A DNA stretch of 42,479 bases from a virus (IMGVR_UViG_3300029156_000004:1-42479); one strand, 5' to 3'. Shown: positions 19,320 to 29,174, numbered from the stretch's first letter. Numbers and translations are program-made. Notes: a model not told the origin generated them from the letters alone.

Positions 19320-19768
19320 AGCGCATACCCCGTCACACTGAATGTATGACTGCTGTTGCCGTTGCCGCTATCCACAATTACCCACCTTGCGCGCCAATAG
19401 GGGCCAGTGAAACCCTGGCGCACTGTGGCCACCGCCGCGTCACTGGTAATGACTGTCGTTCCGGTCGATGTAGCCGATGCGCCAACAACGGCCAGTCCTT
19501 TGGCTGCGCTACCATTACCCGCCTGTTGCGTAAAATGCACCACATTCCCCGCGCTGTTGACGCCGTCAAATGACACGTCGATATATACGTCCAGGGTGTC
19601 CCCCGCATCGGTAGCACTGGCTGTTATGTTGAGGATCCACGAGAACTGGATACGTTCGCCAAGAACCGGAACCCATTCGCCATTCCCGCTGGCCGTCCGT
19701 GCCGAACTGCTAGCGAGAGTGATTAGCTCGCCTTGTTCGAGATTTCGACCTCGTTCGCCTTGTCGCAT
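19316..19768 (-). CDS. Putative virion/decoration protein
   Basis: Beta-rich 150 aa, RARWVI motif, in the head gene cluster. Confidence 0.6.
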   Translation of the reverse strand: MRQGERGRNLEQGELITLASSSARTASGNGEWVPVLGERIQFSWILNITASATDAGDTLDVYIDVSFDGVNSAGNVVHFTQQAGNGSAAKGLAVVGASATSTGTTVITSDAAVATVRQGFTGPYWRARWVIVDSGNGNSSHTFSVTGYAL

Positions 19769-19899
19769 TCTCTACACTCCTTAATTAATTCGCTCAACAA
19801 CAGCAACGCGCCGATAATACGCTGGACTTGCCTCTCGGCTGTGCGCTGCTCCTGCTGTAGTTCAGCGTGGCGCTTTTCTAGCTTATCCAGCGTCATCAT
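19723..19899 (-). CDS. Small coiled-coil protein
   Basis: MTLDKLEKRHAELQQE...QRIIGALLLL; ATGA coupling. Confidence 0.55.
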   Translation of the reverse strand: MMTLDKLEKRHAELQQEQRTAERQVQRIIGALLLLSELIKECRECDKANEVEISNKAS

Positions 19900-20609
19900 G
19901 CGTTGACCTGCACCGCACGCAACCAATTGACGGTCATAGTGTTTGCCACTGCTTCACCGGTTAGGAAATGGATTGACGGGGTTAGCTGTTCGTTGTCGGG
20001 CAGATTCGTAATGGCGAGCCGCGTTTGCAATGTGCCATCGACCCAAGCGTCCACGTTGGTTCCATCGAAAATAAATTCGAGTGTGACATTGGTGGCATCG
20101 GCTAACGTTCCGACCGCGCTGGCACTCGTTGTCTCGGTGCTGTCTTTTTCCAGTACGAAATTAATGTCGGTTGAACCGTCAAGACATTCAAAGTAAGCCC
20201 CGTCCGTCATGCCGCCCAGCAGCGTTGTGTCTGTGATACAAAGACCGGCCAGTACATCGGTTTGGGTTGCGTCGTTGGTCTGGAAGTTGACACCAAAATA
20301 CGTGTAGTTTCCAGACCCCAGGTCAAATGCTTCGCCCTTGACCTGTAGGTTAACGCCGTCATTCTCATTAGCTGCCGCAGTGATTAATAGCGTATTGTCT
20401 GCAAGGACCGCCGTGCTACTCCCCGCACCCACCTCGACTGCCGTATGCGTAAAACCAGACAGGTCGCCGGTTGTGTCGTCGTCAGCAGCAAACGCCGTAT
20501 TCAGTATGAACTTGGTCACGTCTGGTCCAATAGCGTCGATTATGCGCTGCTGAGTGTTGTCGTAAAAGACCAAATTGCCGTTTACTCGGCGGCTATGTAA
20601 ATTTGCCAT
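19896..20609 (-). CDS. Putative virion protein, lectin/jelly-roll-like
   Basis: GGAGG RBS; 237 aa, beta-rich. Confidence 0.6.
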   Translation of the reverse strand: MANLHSRRVNGNLVFYDNTQQRIIDAIGPDVTKFILNTAFAADDDTTGDLSGFTHTAVEVGAGSSTAVLADNTLLITAAANENDGVNLQVKGEAFDLGSGNYTYFGVNFQTNDATQTDVLAGLCITDTTLLGGMTDGAYFECLDGSTDINFVLEKDSTETTSASAVGTLADATNVTLEFIFDGTNVDAWVDGTLQTRLAITNLPDNEQLTPSIHFLTGEAVANTMTVNWLRAVQVNA

Positions 20610-20661
20610 AATCGCGGCCTCCTAGACCGCGCCCTACGTGGGCGATTATGCGATGAATTCC

Positions 20662-21117
20662 TTAGTCAGCCAAGCTAGAATCAACTTCCGAATAGCGCGG
20701 ATTGACGATGGCGCACGTGATGCCGCCAAGGACTGGATCATTGGCAACTTCCACGGCTTTTAACTGTGCGTAGCCGTAGCCTTCTGCCCCAATCTCGGTG
20801 GCTTCAACATAAACTTGGTACATCTGTGAACTTCCCGCGGTTGTCGTAAAGCCCGCGGTAGTGGCTCGTGTCCAATCTGACCACGTATCGCCACTCGTGT
20901 TCGTGCGATACATAAACGCGACCGCCGCGCTCGTTGTCGGCGTCACATCATCGCAAGCCAGAACGGTGATCGTGCTAGTCCCTGTGGCCCCAACGCCTTT
21001 GTGAATTACCCACAACACCCCCTCACCAATCGCGTTCACCACATCGCTGGTAACGGTCCCCGCGAAGGCATCGGCCACAGGGTCAAGCCCTTTAATCCAG
21101 TGTAATTTTGGTAGCAT
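20662..21117 (-). CDS. Putative capsid decoration/cement protein
   Basis: Directly downstream of the major capsid gene; 151 aa. Confidence 0.6.
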   Translation of the reverse strand: MLPKLHWIKGLDPVADAFAGTVTSDVVNAIGEGVLWVIHKGVGATGTSTITVLACDDVTPTTSAAVAFMYRTNTSGDTWSDWTRATTAGFTTTAGSSQMYQVYVEATEIGAEGYGYAQLKAVEVANDPVLGGITCAIVNPRYSEVDSSLAD

Positions 21118-21126
21118 ATTATCTCC

Positions 21127-22455
21127 CTATGACCGTGTAGCTACTGTGACAAATGGCGATTGGGTAGCGGTGCCATTTTTGGGCGTCATGGCGCTTGACC
21201 ATCCAGGCTGACCATCTAGGCGATATGTCCAGCGGAACGTCATTTGGTCAGTCAAGAATTGCACGTGCATTGACTCGGCCTCTTCCACACCACCTTTGTC
21301 AATCATGATATATTGTGTCAGGTCCGCTAACACAATATCGCCAACCGTGCCAAGCGTGCTAGCTTCTTCCGTTGGCACAACCGGACGCCCCATTAATGTT
21401 GCGAAAGGTGATTGGCTCAGTCCACCAGGGGGCAAGTAGACAGGTACACCGCCCGTACCAATCGGTAGTTCCAGCCCGAACAATTGCGGCTCAATGTCCT
21501 GATTAATGAACCATACCGCATTCGCTCGGCTGCGCGCCCACATTCTCGACCACATATTGAAAATGTTTTGTGGAACGATGGTGGCAGCAGCCTGTCCTGT
21601 TTCCTTTGGGACCGTTACCAGAGAATTGCTATTCAGGATGCCGTCTGGTTGTCCCGCTCCAGTGCCTCGGAAGATGGCCTCTTCTGATCGGACGGTAAGC
21701 TCCTCATTCACAGCCATGCGCGCAACGGATGCAAGCGCGGTTGTGTCGGCTAAAAGCTCGTCCGTCGCATACATCAGCGCGAGCAGCTTGTTCAACTTTA
21801 GTTCCATCTGGCGAAATTTGGGCTTTGTTGCTGTAGCTGCATCGCCCTCGCTCGCCCAATACGCCTGCACGCCGCCCCACCTCGAGCCATTTGCGCGGCT
21901 GGTTTCGTCAACTGCGTTCATCGTCAGTCCGTTGCTGTTCGCCCCGACAGGCAAACGTCGTACACGCGTTAGGATTTCGCCCGTAGCATGTTCCAGAGTG
22001 AACAATTCCTGAACATGCGTAGGCTGGACAAGGTAGCCGCCATCCGCGGGAATACCTTCGGATGCGCCGAGAACGGCCTTTGCGCGCTGCGCTTTCAGGC
22101 GATCATCCATCAGCCCTGGCGTTTGCGCGGCCACCTGCACTGCCTTGAGAAAATGGCCAAGTGTTTTCCACGGCTGTGTAGACTTTTTGTCTGCCTCGTC
22201 CTGCGTTACGGTCATGTGTCCCGCCGCTTTGATTGGCGGCTCCGCTTCGATTTTCGCCTTGAATTCTTTCAGCCCGTCAAGCTCTAGCTTAAGTGCCTTG
22301 AATTCGTCGGACTCGGTGATAGGCGTGCTTGGCTCAGGCGAAAGGTCGTCAAGCGCCTTCACCGCCTTTGCTTTTTTGGTCAGCTTCTCCGCCTCTTTCA
22401 GATCGCCAGCGGCGATAGCTTTCCGAGCGGCAGCTAACAGTTGCTCTAGCGTCAT
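21127..22455 (-). CDS. Major capsid protein, HK97 family
   Basis: N-terminal coiled-coil delta domain, DGGYLV, W..EG, GTGAGQPDGILN, TLMGRPVV, FRWTYRLDG. Confidence 0.96.
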   Translation of the reverse strand: MTLEQLLAAARKAIAAGDLKEAEKLTKKAKAVKALDDLSPEPSTPITESDEFKALKLELDGLKEFKAKIEAEPPIKAAGHMTVTQDEADKKSTQPWKTLGHFLKAVQVAAQTPGLMDDRLKAQRAKAVLGASEGIPADGGYLVQPTHVQELFTLEHATGEILTRVRRLPVGANSNGLTMNAVDETSRANGSRWGGVQAYWASEGDAATATKPKFRQMELKLNKLLALMYATDELLADTTALASVARMAVNEELTVRSEEAIFRGTGAGQPDGILNSNSLVTVPKETGQAAATIVPQNIFNMWSRMWARSRANAVWFINQDIEPQLFGLELPIGTGGVPVYLPPGGLSQSPFATLMGRPVVPTEEASTLGTVGDIVLADLTQYIMIDKGGVEEAESMHVQFLTDQMTFRWTYRLDGQPGWSSAMTPKNGTATQSPFVTVATRS

Positions 22456-23690
22456 AGTGATAACTCCAATAGTTCCACTTCAATAGATAAACGTTTGGCT
22501 ACGTCTGATTTGTTCGCTACGGGGTCCGCAGATGTACGGTCTGCCTCTGGACGATCCGTCTTGGCGTCTTCGCCAGCGTTGCCAATGTATGATTTCAGCG
22601 CGGGTATGCGCTGTGACAATGCCTTAAATGCCGTGAGCGTGTTCTCGCTCATCATGCGCGGTTCCATCGGGGTAACTGTGAGGGTATCGCGCATTAATGG
22701 CCATTCGGTAATTTCGCCATTTTTTGCCGACTTTGCGCCGTTCTGTATCGGCTCCGAGGACGTCCCGATAAGACCCAACTTGATAAGTTCTTCCAAAAAT
22801 TGTACATACTGATTACGCCGATTCAAGACGCGTTCAACGAACAGCCCCTTGTCGTCTATCTTGGCTGTTTTCCAGTCAACGCGGCCCAATAAATCATCTC
22901 GCCCAGGCTCATCTTGTGGTGCTACTCCATGCTCCCAATCTATGGCCACCATATCCAACTCTGTGTATGGACTGTCAAACTTGGTCGCCTTTGTGAAATA
23001 CTCGCCAAAGCTACCATCGGCATTTACACGCGGACTTGCTATGCCCTCTAGGTCACGCCCCCCAAACAATGCCATGTAATTCCCAACACGAAATTCTGTG
23101 TCAGTCACACTGAGTGCCTTGAGCGCGTTCCCCTCGGTAAGTTCTGCCACTATCGTTTCTCCTTGCAATGGCAGCCTTGTCACATTGTCACCATGCGATA
23201 GGTAAATACTGCCAAAACCAATTTCGATCTCTGGGGGCGCAAGCATGGAAGCAGGCATCTCGGCGGGTACATACCCTAGCGTAATATGTGGCGTGAATCC
23301 ATGCTCGCGCGATGCGCTAATGCCACGTCTGCGCAAATGCTCTAAGACCTTATCCTGCATATTGATAATTTGCGGCGAATCTACTTGCGCCCAAACCGCC
23401 TGTTTTCCATCGCTCTCCTTTGAGAAACGCCCCACACCACCGACGCGAGCGCGTACCGAAGTTAACTGGCTAGATAATTCTGCCAACGCACCGAGAATGT
23501 CAGATTCGCTAAACCGCACTTCGTCAACCTTGCCGAAGTAGCCTAATGTGATATGAAATTCATCCGATGGCGTCAGGTCGCTACCTTCCGGCAGGGTTGA
23601 CTGGTATTCGATTAGTTGCGCCCTTGCTCCCTCTGGAACGTAAAGCGCAACCATGATGCTAGTGTGGAAACCATTCGTGCTATCGGCCAT
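22452..23690 (-). CDS. Fusion: N-terminal 2H phosphoesterase (LigT/Acb1-like) + C-terminal prohead protease
   Basis: Two HITLGY motifs about 88 aa apart; then GRDLEG...GEYFT...DWEH...GTSS...TLTVTPMEP directly upstream of the capsid gene. Confidence 0.85.
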   Translation of the reverse strand: MADSTNGFHTSIMVALYVPEGARAQLIEYQSTLPEGSDLTPSDEFHITLGYFGKVDEVRFSESDILGALAELSSQLTSVRARVGGVGRFSKESDGKQAVWAQVDSPQIINMQDKVLEHLRRRGISASREHGFTPHITLGYVPAEMPASMLAPPEIEIGFGSIYLSHGDNVTRLPLQGETIVAELTEGNALKALSVTDTEFRVGNYMALFGGRDLEGIASPRVNADGSFGEYFTKATKFDSPYTELDMVAIDWEHGVAPQDEPGRDDLLGRVDWKTAKIDDKGLFVERVLNRRNQYVQFLEELIKLGLIGTSSEPIQNGAKSAKNGEITEWPLMRDTLTVTPMEPRMMSENTLTAFKALSQRIPALKSYIGNAGEDAKTDRPEADRTSADPVANKSDVAKRLSIEVELLELSL

Positions 23691-23702
23691 AATTTTGCAA
23701 AT

Positions 23703-23743
23703 AAAAAAGGGGCGACCATCACCCGTAGGTGATAATCGCCCCT
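23703..23743 (-). terminator. Intrinsic-terminator-like hairpin just upstream of the protease gene
   Basis: aggggcga-tt-atcacc-tacg-ggtgat-gg-tcgcccct followed by a T tract on the - strand. Confidence 0.65.
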
Positions 23744-23879
23744 GCGTTCTAAACGGTTGAGCGTGTTTATGTATTTGTCAGGCTAATGATAGCCTGTTGT
23801 CACTCTGTTGCAATCCTGATGATTTCCTTAGCTTTCCAAGTGTTCGCGGTGCTTTTCGACCTGCGGCTTATGAAGGCTT

Positions 23880-24095
23880 TCAAACGTCTTTGGCATCCCT
23901 GCGTCTCTGCTTACTTGTCTGCAATCTGTCAAGGCCAAAAAAGGGGTTGAGCGTCTGCTGAAGCTGCACCAATGCACGCCTCATGCGCTCATACTCAGCG
24001 ACAGACACTATCATCATGCCGTCTGGAATCTGTGCAAACATTGTATCATCTTTGTGACGCTTTTGCAACCGATGCTCTTGTGCTGCCTTACTCAT
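23880..24095 (-). CDS. Hypothetical protein
   Basis: 71-aa ORF overlapping the upstream stop. Confidence 0.55.
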   Translation of the reverse strand: MSKAAQEHRLQKRHKDDTMFAQIPDGMMIVSVAEYERMRRALVQLQQTLNPFFGLDRLQTSKQRRRDAKDV

Positions 24096-24492
24096 CTACC
24101 CTATCATCCATTGCCTTCTCGAATTGCTCGCCAATCCACTCCTCTTCCTGCGCGGCAACATCCTCGTCGGTACTCCATCTGTCTTTGTGGATTTTTGCCT
24201 GAAATTGCGCACTGCCAACCACCGGACCATACGTCGTATTGTTGCCGATACGGCCCTCGATACGTGTGGCCGTGGCTGTGCGTATCTCGCGCTGCGCAGT
24301 GGTCCAACGCCGTCCGTATGTTCCGGTCCTGCGATAGGTACTCCCAGGAGGAGGGGGAGGATACACAGACATTTTCTCGGCCAGTCGGAAAAGAGCGCGG
24401 TCCATCGGCTTACGTAGGATGTCGCTTATATCGTCAAGGTCGTTTAGTTTTCGGCGCGCGCGTGGCGCTCCTTCAAGTATTATCGTTGGCAT
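24088..24492 (-). CDS. HK97 gp10-like / virion morphogenesis protein
   Basis: YRRTGTYGRRW...IGNNTTYGPVV. Confidence 0.7.
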   Translation of the reverse strand: MPTIILEGAPRARRKLNDLDDISDILRKPMDRALFRLAEKMSVYPPPPPGSTYRRTGTYGRRWTTAQREIRTATATRIEGRIGNNTTYGPVVGSAQFQAKIHKDRWSTDEDVAAQEEEWIGEQFEKAMDDRVDE

Positions 24493-24709
24493 GGGGAGTT
24501 CCTCCTATTTTACACCCATCGGTCGTGATTATGTAATGAGCATTGACAGGAGAAACCCCCAGGCGCTCTAGGGCGTATTCCATTGCTTTGTCAAGTCTCG
24601 CGATTTCGGAATGACTAGTGCGCTGTGGGACAGTGACATGGATCAGGTACTTTTTGCTAGGATCGATTTCAATTAATAGTATCTTTTCCACAATTAGATC
24701 TTCGTTCAT
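24473..24709 (-). CDS. Hypothetical protein
   Basis: 78-aa ORF. Confidence 0.55.
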   Translation of the reverse strand: MNEDLIVEKILLIEIDPSKKYLIHVTVPQRTSHSEIARLDKAMEYALERLGVSPVNAHYIITTDGCKIGGTPHANDNT

Positions 24710-24711
24710 GT

Positions 24712-24822
24712 TTATTTATCCCAGTGATAGCCAATAAAAGATGCGATTGCAACGGCCCCAAGGTACAGAATCGATACGACCGCTACTATTGCTAGTGACT
24801 CGAAGGGTGTCAAGGGCATCAT
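24712..24822 (-). CDS. Small single-pass membrane peptide (36 aa)
   Basis: MMPLTPFESLAIVAVVSILYLGAVAIASFIGYHWDK; ATGA overlap with the DUF551 stop. Confidence 0.5.
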   Translation of the reverse strand: MMPLTPFESLAIVAVVSILYLGAVAIASFIGYHWDK

Positions 24823-25127
24823 GTATCACCCTCAGTCGCTGGTGGGTCTGGCATCGGCATCCAATGCGTGATGCCAGTGACAAGGAAGTCATGATACGCC
24901 CATTTCTCTTTTCGATGCTTACCATTCTCGTCAGGACGTGGCTCCTGGTAGTATACCGCCATCACTTCATTTCCATCCCAAGCAAGTATTTCCGCCTTGT
25001 CTTCTGGCTTGCGCTCGGCCACACTGTTCCATTGGTGTGGCCCTGGCGACTTCAAGTGCATCGCTACGATGGCCTTGTCCCTGTACATACCTTTTAAGGA
25101 ACAAGTGATATTTTTCGATAAGTTCAT
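24819..25127 (-). CDS. DUF551 domain protein (true start possibly near 25089)
   Basis: WNSVAERKP...ILAWDG...ITHWMPMPDPP signature. Confidence 0.8.
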   Translation of the reverse strand: MNLSKNITCSLKGMYRDKAIVAMHLKSPGPHQWNSVAERKPEDKAEILAWDGNEVMAVYYQEPRPDENGKHRKEKWAYHDFLVTGITHWMPMPDPPATEGDT

Positions 25128-25359
25128 GGTTGACTTCCTCCTTCACGAGACAAATGTAATAGTTCAGTGTGACGGCAGATACTGGCACGATAGGCCAAAG
25201 GTTAGGCGCAAAGACAAAGGGCAGGACGCATACTTTGCTAAGGCGGGATATGTTGTTTTGCGTTTTGACGATGATCAGATAAATAATCAGATAAAGTGGT
25301 GCATAAAGCGCATAAGGAAAGCCGTCAAGAGCAACCAGATACCGCTGATTAATTATTAG
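24997..25359 (+). pseudogene. DUF559/Vsr-like endonuclease catalytic domain, probably 5'-truncated, antisense to the head operon
   Basis: FMVDF...VIVQCDGRYWH...KDKGQDAY...GYVVLRF; 5' part overlapped by the DUF551 gene. Confidence 0.7.
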
Positions 25360-26087
25360 TCATCTATTACGGGCGTTATCCAGCATCGGCATCTCGGATG
25401 CCGAGGCGGTAGTCCAACGCCATCAAAGTTACCATGTATTGATGTGCGCTGCCCCTCAAGCGGCGCACAAAGTGGGCAAACGCGCTCATCGGCGGCGACC
25501 CTCCACTCAAGCTCATCTACCACGCCACTTTCGATATACGCCAGCCGGTTGGCTTCAGCAAACGCCTTTGTCACCTCAGTACTCGCTATCAATTCCGCAC
25601 GTTGCCGTCCAAAAAGAGGCTCCAATTCTTTCACCAGTGATGATAACGGATCTCCATTATCAATCCATGCCGCGACGGATTGCTGTATCGTGCGGCGGGT
25701 CGTGTCATTGATGCCAGATACAAGTTCGCCCGTATACTGATTGGCCCATTCTCTGGCCGAAACATTGGCGAGAGTCCAGTCAAACGATAGGCCAACATTC
25801 TCCATTTGCTGCACGGCGATTTGTACACCCAGGTCAGATGATGAAACCAGCATACGGCGCAATGCGTCACTCACGCTCTCGCTTGTCTCCTCGACACGAC
25901 CAGCCATCGCAGTCACGTCGTTGACGCTGTCTGGCATCAGTGCATCAGATTGCTCGTTAAGCGCCCTCCGCACGTCGTTAGCCGCTCTACGCTCAGTCTC
26001 CATCCTGGCGGCTTGCTCTGCCTCATCGTCGGATGGATCGAGTTGCAGCACCAGCGCCTTGATGTCAAAGTCTTTAAGGGTAGCCAT
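25356..26087 (-). CDS. Phage head morphogenesis protein (MuF / SPP1 gp7 family)
   Basis: RAELIASTE, W...DERVCPLC, PPRHPRCRC. Confidence 0.92.
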   Translation of the reverse strand: MATLKDFDIKALVLQLDPSDDEAEQAARMETERRAANDVRRALNEQSDALMPDSVNDVTAMAGRVEETSESVSDALRRMLVSSSDLGVQIAVQQMENVGLSFDWTLANVSAREWANQYTGELVSGINDTTRRTIQQSVAAWIDNGDPLSSLVKELEPLFGRQRAELIASTEVTKAFAEANRLAYIESGVVDELEWRVAADERVCPLCAPLEGQRTSIHGNFDGVGLPPRHPRCRCWITPVIDD

Positions 26088-27477
26088 CCCATCGAAAGGT
26101 CGCGGCCTCAGCCGCTATATCCCCCCCCCTCGCCATCTCGTCCAGGATGGCGTATTTCATCTCATCCGTGAGTAGCTGCGATTCGTAGGCGCTTGGCTTT
26201 GGGGTTTTTCGCTTGGATGCCCACCTGCGAAAGCGCGCCTTCTCCTGCTCGACGGGTTGCGTATCCTCAATCAATCCTACTGGCTCTGATTCGACCACCG
26301 TAATGACTGCCGATTCCTCTGGGTCAAGGTCGGTGTACTCCATGCCCGCGGGCAGGCTAATGCCTAGGATTTCCGCGGCTACACTAAGCTGCACACCGGC
26401 CTCAACGTACTTCTTTAGTGCGTCGCCACGCTCATTCTCATCGGCCTGGAAGATGGACATTTCCTGTGACCGCTCTTGTATCATCAATCCCTGCGGCTCG
26501 AAAATTTGCTCATTTAGCCACTCGAAAATAATTTCTAATTCGGGTATCATGGTGAGCGACTGATAGTTCATCGCATCTTGTTCCGCCGTGGCGAAGTTCG
26601 CTGCATTGCCAAAAATCAGGCTGTGATTCACGCCCATACCCGTCGCTATGTCTTGGCGTTTTTCTTCGGTCAATTCCGTGTTTCCAATCTCAGAAATTCC
26701 TTCGCCAACAACTACGGCATCCACATCCATCGAGACAACCTCTGACCCCCACGCGTTTTTGACGCCCGTGAAAAACCGTTTCCACCATTTTTTTAGTCGA
26801 TCAATCTCGCCCCGCTCAGGATTGCCACCTACTCGCAGGAGAGTCGCCTTAATCGCGCCGCGCTCAAAAAAGCCACGCGCAAATTCGTCCACGCTGTAAA
26901 TGACACCAGCCGATGACATGACGGCTTGCGCAGGTGGCCGACCGCCTTCAGTTTCGTGGACCGGATTAAGCCTTGGAATGTAGACAATATCATCCAGGCC
27001 GTAGCGCGTTGTGCCTCTACTCAGCGTGCGGTCGAAGCCAATTAGCCCGTTATCCTCATCCCAAACGGCGCGTGTACTGGTCGGTGCTAGAAACTTGTAT
27101 TCGATGGTACGTGCGCGGTTGCGAACGTGAAACCAGAATGCCTCTGGCGCTAAAGACAAGCACGCCTCAGTGCGCCATAGATTGCGCCGAAAGCTCCGCA
27201 TGTGGGACAGTTGTGTGGGGGGGCGTGAGTCTAGGCTATGCCATATTTCTTCATCGCCGCGCATGATGGCCCAGGGGATTCGCGTGATAGCGGCCGCGCG
27301 AATTTCCACACAGCGATAGAGAACGGACACCGTTTCATACAACGCTTGTGCCGAGAGGATGTCGGCGCGGCTGTCGTTGACCTTTGTTCCACCACCACCC
27401 AGGCTTGTCCAAGCTGCAGCCGGGTATTGCTCCAGTGCTATACTTTTTTGGCCATCGAATAAAAAGCTCTTTGTCAT
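26074..27477 (-). CDS. Portal protein
   Basis: Follows terL; FFERGA, DIATGMGV, NFATAEQ motifs of HK97-type portals. Confidence 0.9.
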   Translation of the reverse strand: MTKSFLFDGQKSIALEQYPAAAWTSLGGGGTKVNDSRADILSAQALYETVSVLYRCVEIRAAAITRIPWAIMRGDEEIWHSLDSRPPTQLSHMRSFRRNLWRTEACLSLAPEAFWFHVRNRARTIEYKFLAPTSTRAVWDEDNGLIGFDRTLSRGTTRYGLDDIVYIPRLNPVHETEGGRPPAQAVMSSAGVIYSVDEFARGFFERGAIKATLLRVGGNPERGEIDRLKKWWKRFFTGVKNAWGSEVVSMDVDAVVVGEGISEIGNTELTEEKRQDIATGMGVNHSLIFGNAANFATAEQDAMNYQSLTMIPELEIIFEWLNEQIFEPQGLMIQERSQEMSIFQADENERGDALKKYVEAGVQLSVAAEILGISLPAGMEYTDLDPEESAVITVVESEPVGLIEDTQPVEQEKARFRRWASKRKTPKPSAYESQLLTDEMKYAILDEMARGGDIAAEAATFRWDGYP

Positions 27478-28844
27478 AGTAATAGTTTTCCGCTAGCCCC
27501 TATATCTGGGAGCATGTAGGTAAATCCCCAGACGAGTGCATCCAATCTATCAGGGGAGACATTACCCGGTATCCATGTGCAAAGTTGGTCTTCTAAATCC
27601 GCAAACATGCCCACGTGATGCACGCGCTTTTGTTCATACAACCCACTAACGGGCTCGGCTCGCGTATATTTGCCACGGGTGGCGCGCACACTCACAACAT
27701 TCACATAATCCGTATCGCGTTCGCCTTTAGCAAACATGATGCGCGCCGTCGTCTTGATATTCGAAATCACTAAATCGCCACCATTATTTGTTTCAGCCAC
27801 AATTGCATCAGCGCGCAACGCGTCGTACTCCACGATTGCTTTTTCTGCCCACTCCATTGGTGTATAAATCCCCGACAAATCCCTAACCACATAGCCATGC
27901 ATATCTTCATCTATGCCACTGGAAATAATACCAGTTTCGTTGCTGCTATCTTCATTCGCTGATACCGCAGGGTCTACAGCCACCACAGCACGCAGGAATG
28001 ATGGGAATTTGTTAACCCGCGTTTCCTCGATATTTCCACGTGTCCACAATGCTCCCGGCGTGTCATCCAAGATGTCAGCATATATCTCTTGCTGACCCAA
28101 CCTAGTACCTTCGTATCTGTTTCGCAATCTTGACAGGTATTTATCAGGCAGGTTGCTTACGTTCTCGTATGTTGAGCCAGTAACCACAACGGTCGTCGCG
28201 TCACTTATTATCGCGCGGAGCAATGGCATGGGACGTGGTGTCGTTGTAATGCACGTTTGCGGATGTAGCCCTAAACGAAGGCCAAACTCCATATTGTCCC
28301 AAGTTTCTTGTGGGTATCTCATTTTACAAAGTTCATCAACCCACGCCGACCCATGCTGTGGGCCTCTAAGCTGATCTGGCTCATCGCCGCTGTAAATCAT
28401 GGCTACCATGCCGTTGGGCCATGTGAGCCGCCGTTTGCTGCTTTCGTATTTTGGGTAAAACCAGGGCGGGCTGCACTTGAGTATACTGCTATCGCCAGTT
28501 TCCACCATCGTATCGCGCACATCTGCTTTAGTTTTTCCTATCAGGGCTATAGGGTGATAAGGACCGTGCATAGCGCGGCTGATCACCCATTCGCTGCCCG
28601 CTCGCGTCTTTCCAAATCCACGGCCAGAAAGCAATAACCAAACATCCCAAGAATTAGCTGGCGGTAACTGTTTTGGCCTTGCCCAGAATTTCCAATCATA
28701 TTGCAGCGCACTTACTTCATCATCCGTCAGACTCGCCAGTATCGCTAATCTTTCCATCTCTGGCAGAGTACTCAGAGATTCTGCTAGTGATAAGTTCTCT
28801 GGCATTGGATGTATCTCTAAATTCCGTCCGTTCTGTTGGGCCAC
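27474..28844 (-). CDS. terL: Terminase large subunit (start may be ATG 28805)
   Basis: SGRGFGKT Walker A, LRGPQ, WVDE, TTTP, AVDPA, SPDRLDALVW. Confidence 0.96.
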   Translation of the reverse strand: MAQQNGRNLEIHPMPENLSLAESLSTLPEMERLAILASLTDDEVSALQYDWKFWARPKQLPPANSWDVWLLLSGRGFGKTRAGSEWVISRAMHGPYHPIALIGKTKADVRDTMVETGDSSILKCSPPWFYPKYESSKRRLTWPNGMVAMIYSGDEPDQLRGPQHGSAWVDELCKMRYPQETWDNMEFGLRLGLHPQTCITTTPRPMPLLRAIISDATTVVVTGSTYENVSNLPDKYLSRLRNRYEGTRLGQQEIYADILDDTPGALWTRGNIEETRVNKFPSFLRAVVAVDPAVSANEDSSNETGIISSGIDEDMHGYVVRDLSGIYTPMEWAEKAIVEYDALRADAIVAETNNGGDLVISNIKTTARIMFAKGERDTDYVNVVSVRATRGKYTRAEPVSGLYEQKRVHHVGMFADLEDQLCTWIPGNVSPDRLDALVWGFTYMLPDIGASGKLLL

Positions 28845-29172
28845 CTGTCAAAAGTTGAAGTTTATCAGCAAGGATGCCGAACGCGATGGCGAGATGATTG
28901 TACGGGGCATCTTTCCGCGCATTGGGCATTTCTCCAAAGATGCCGCGAATCTCAGTATCTATCAGAGCGGTCAAGTCGCCTTTTTTTTCGGTAACAACTT
29001 CGGTAGGTGGCGGGTTATTTTTCTCCTTAGCCCACCGCGATAATGTCGCCAGCGGTATACCGAGGTGCTTTGCCACGCTGGTAAGCGCGCCCTTCTCATC
29101 GGGCCACCCAGCCGCCTGAAGCATAACAATGGCGCTGGCTCTAAATTTGTCGTCATATCGCTTGCGCGCCAT
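28720..29172 (-). CDS. terS: Terminase small subunit (HTH)
   Basis: VAKHLGIPLATLSRW HTH; DKLQLLTGGPTER; immediately upstream of terL. Confidence 0.75.
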   Translation of the reverse strand: MARKRYDDKFRASAIVMLQAAGWPDEKGALTSVAKHLGIPLATLSRWAKEKNNPPPTEVVTEKKGDLTALIDTEIRGIFGEMPNARKDAPYNHLAIAFGILADKLQLLTGGPTERTEFRDTSNARELITSRISEYSARDGKISDTGESDG

Positions 29173-29174
29173 CT

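Noticed and set aside
23756-23766. GTTGAGCGTGT shared with the leader at 42173-42183 as a common regulatory box
   Set aside because: An 11-bp match is expected many times by chance in 42 kb; no third copy was noticed
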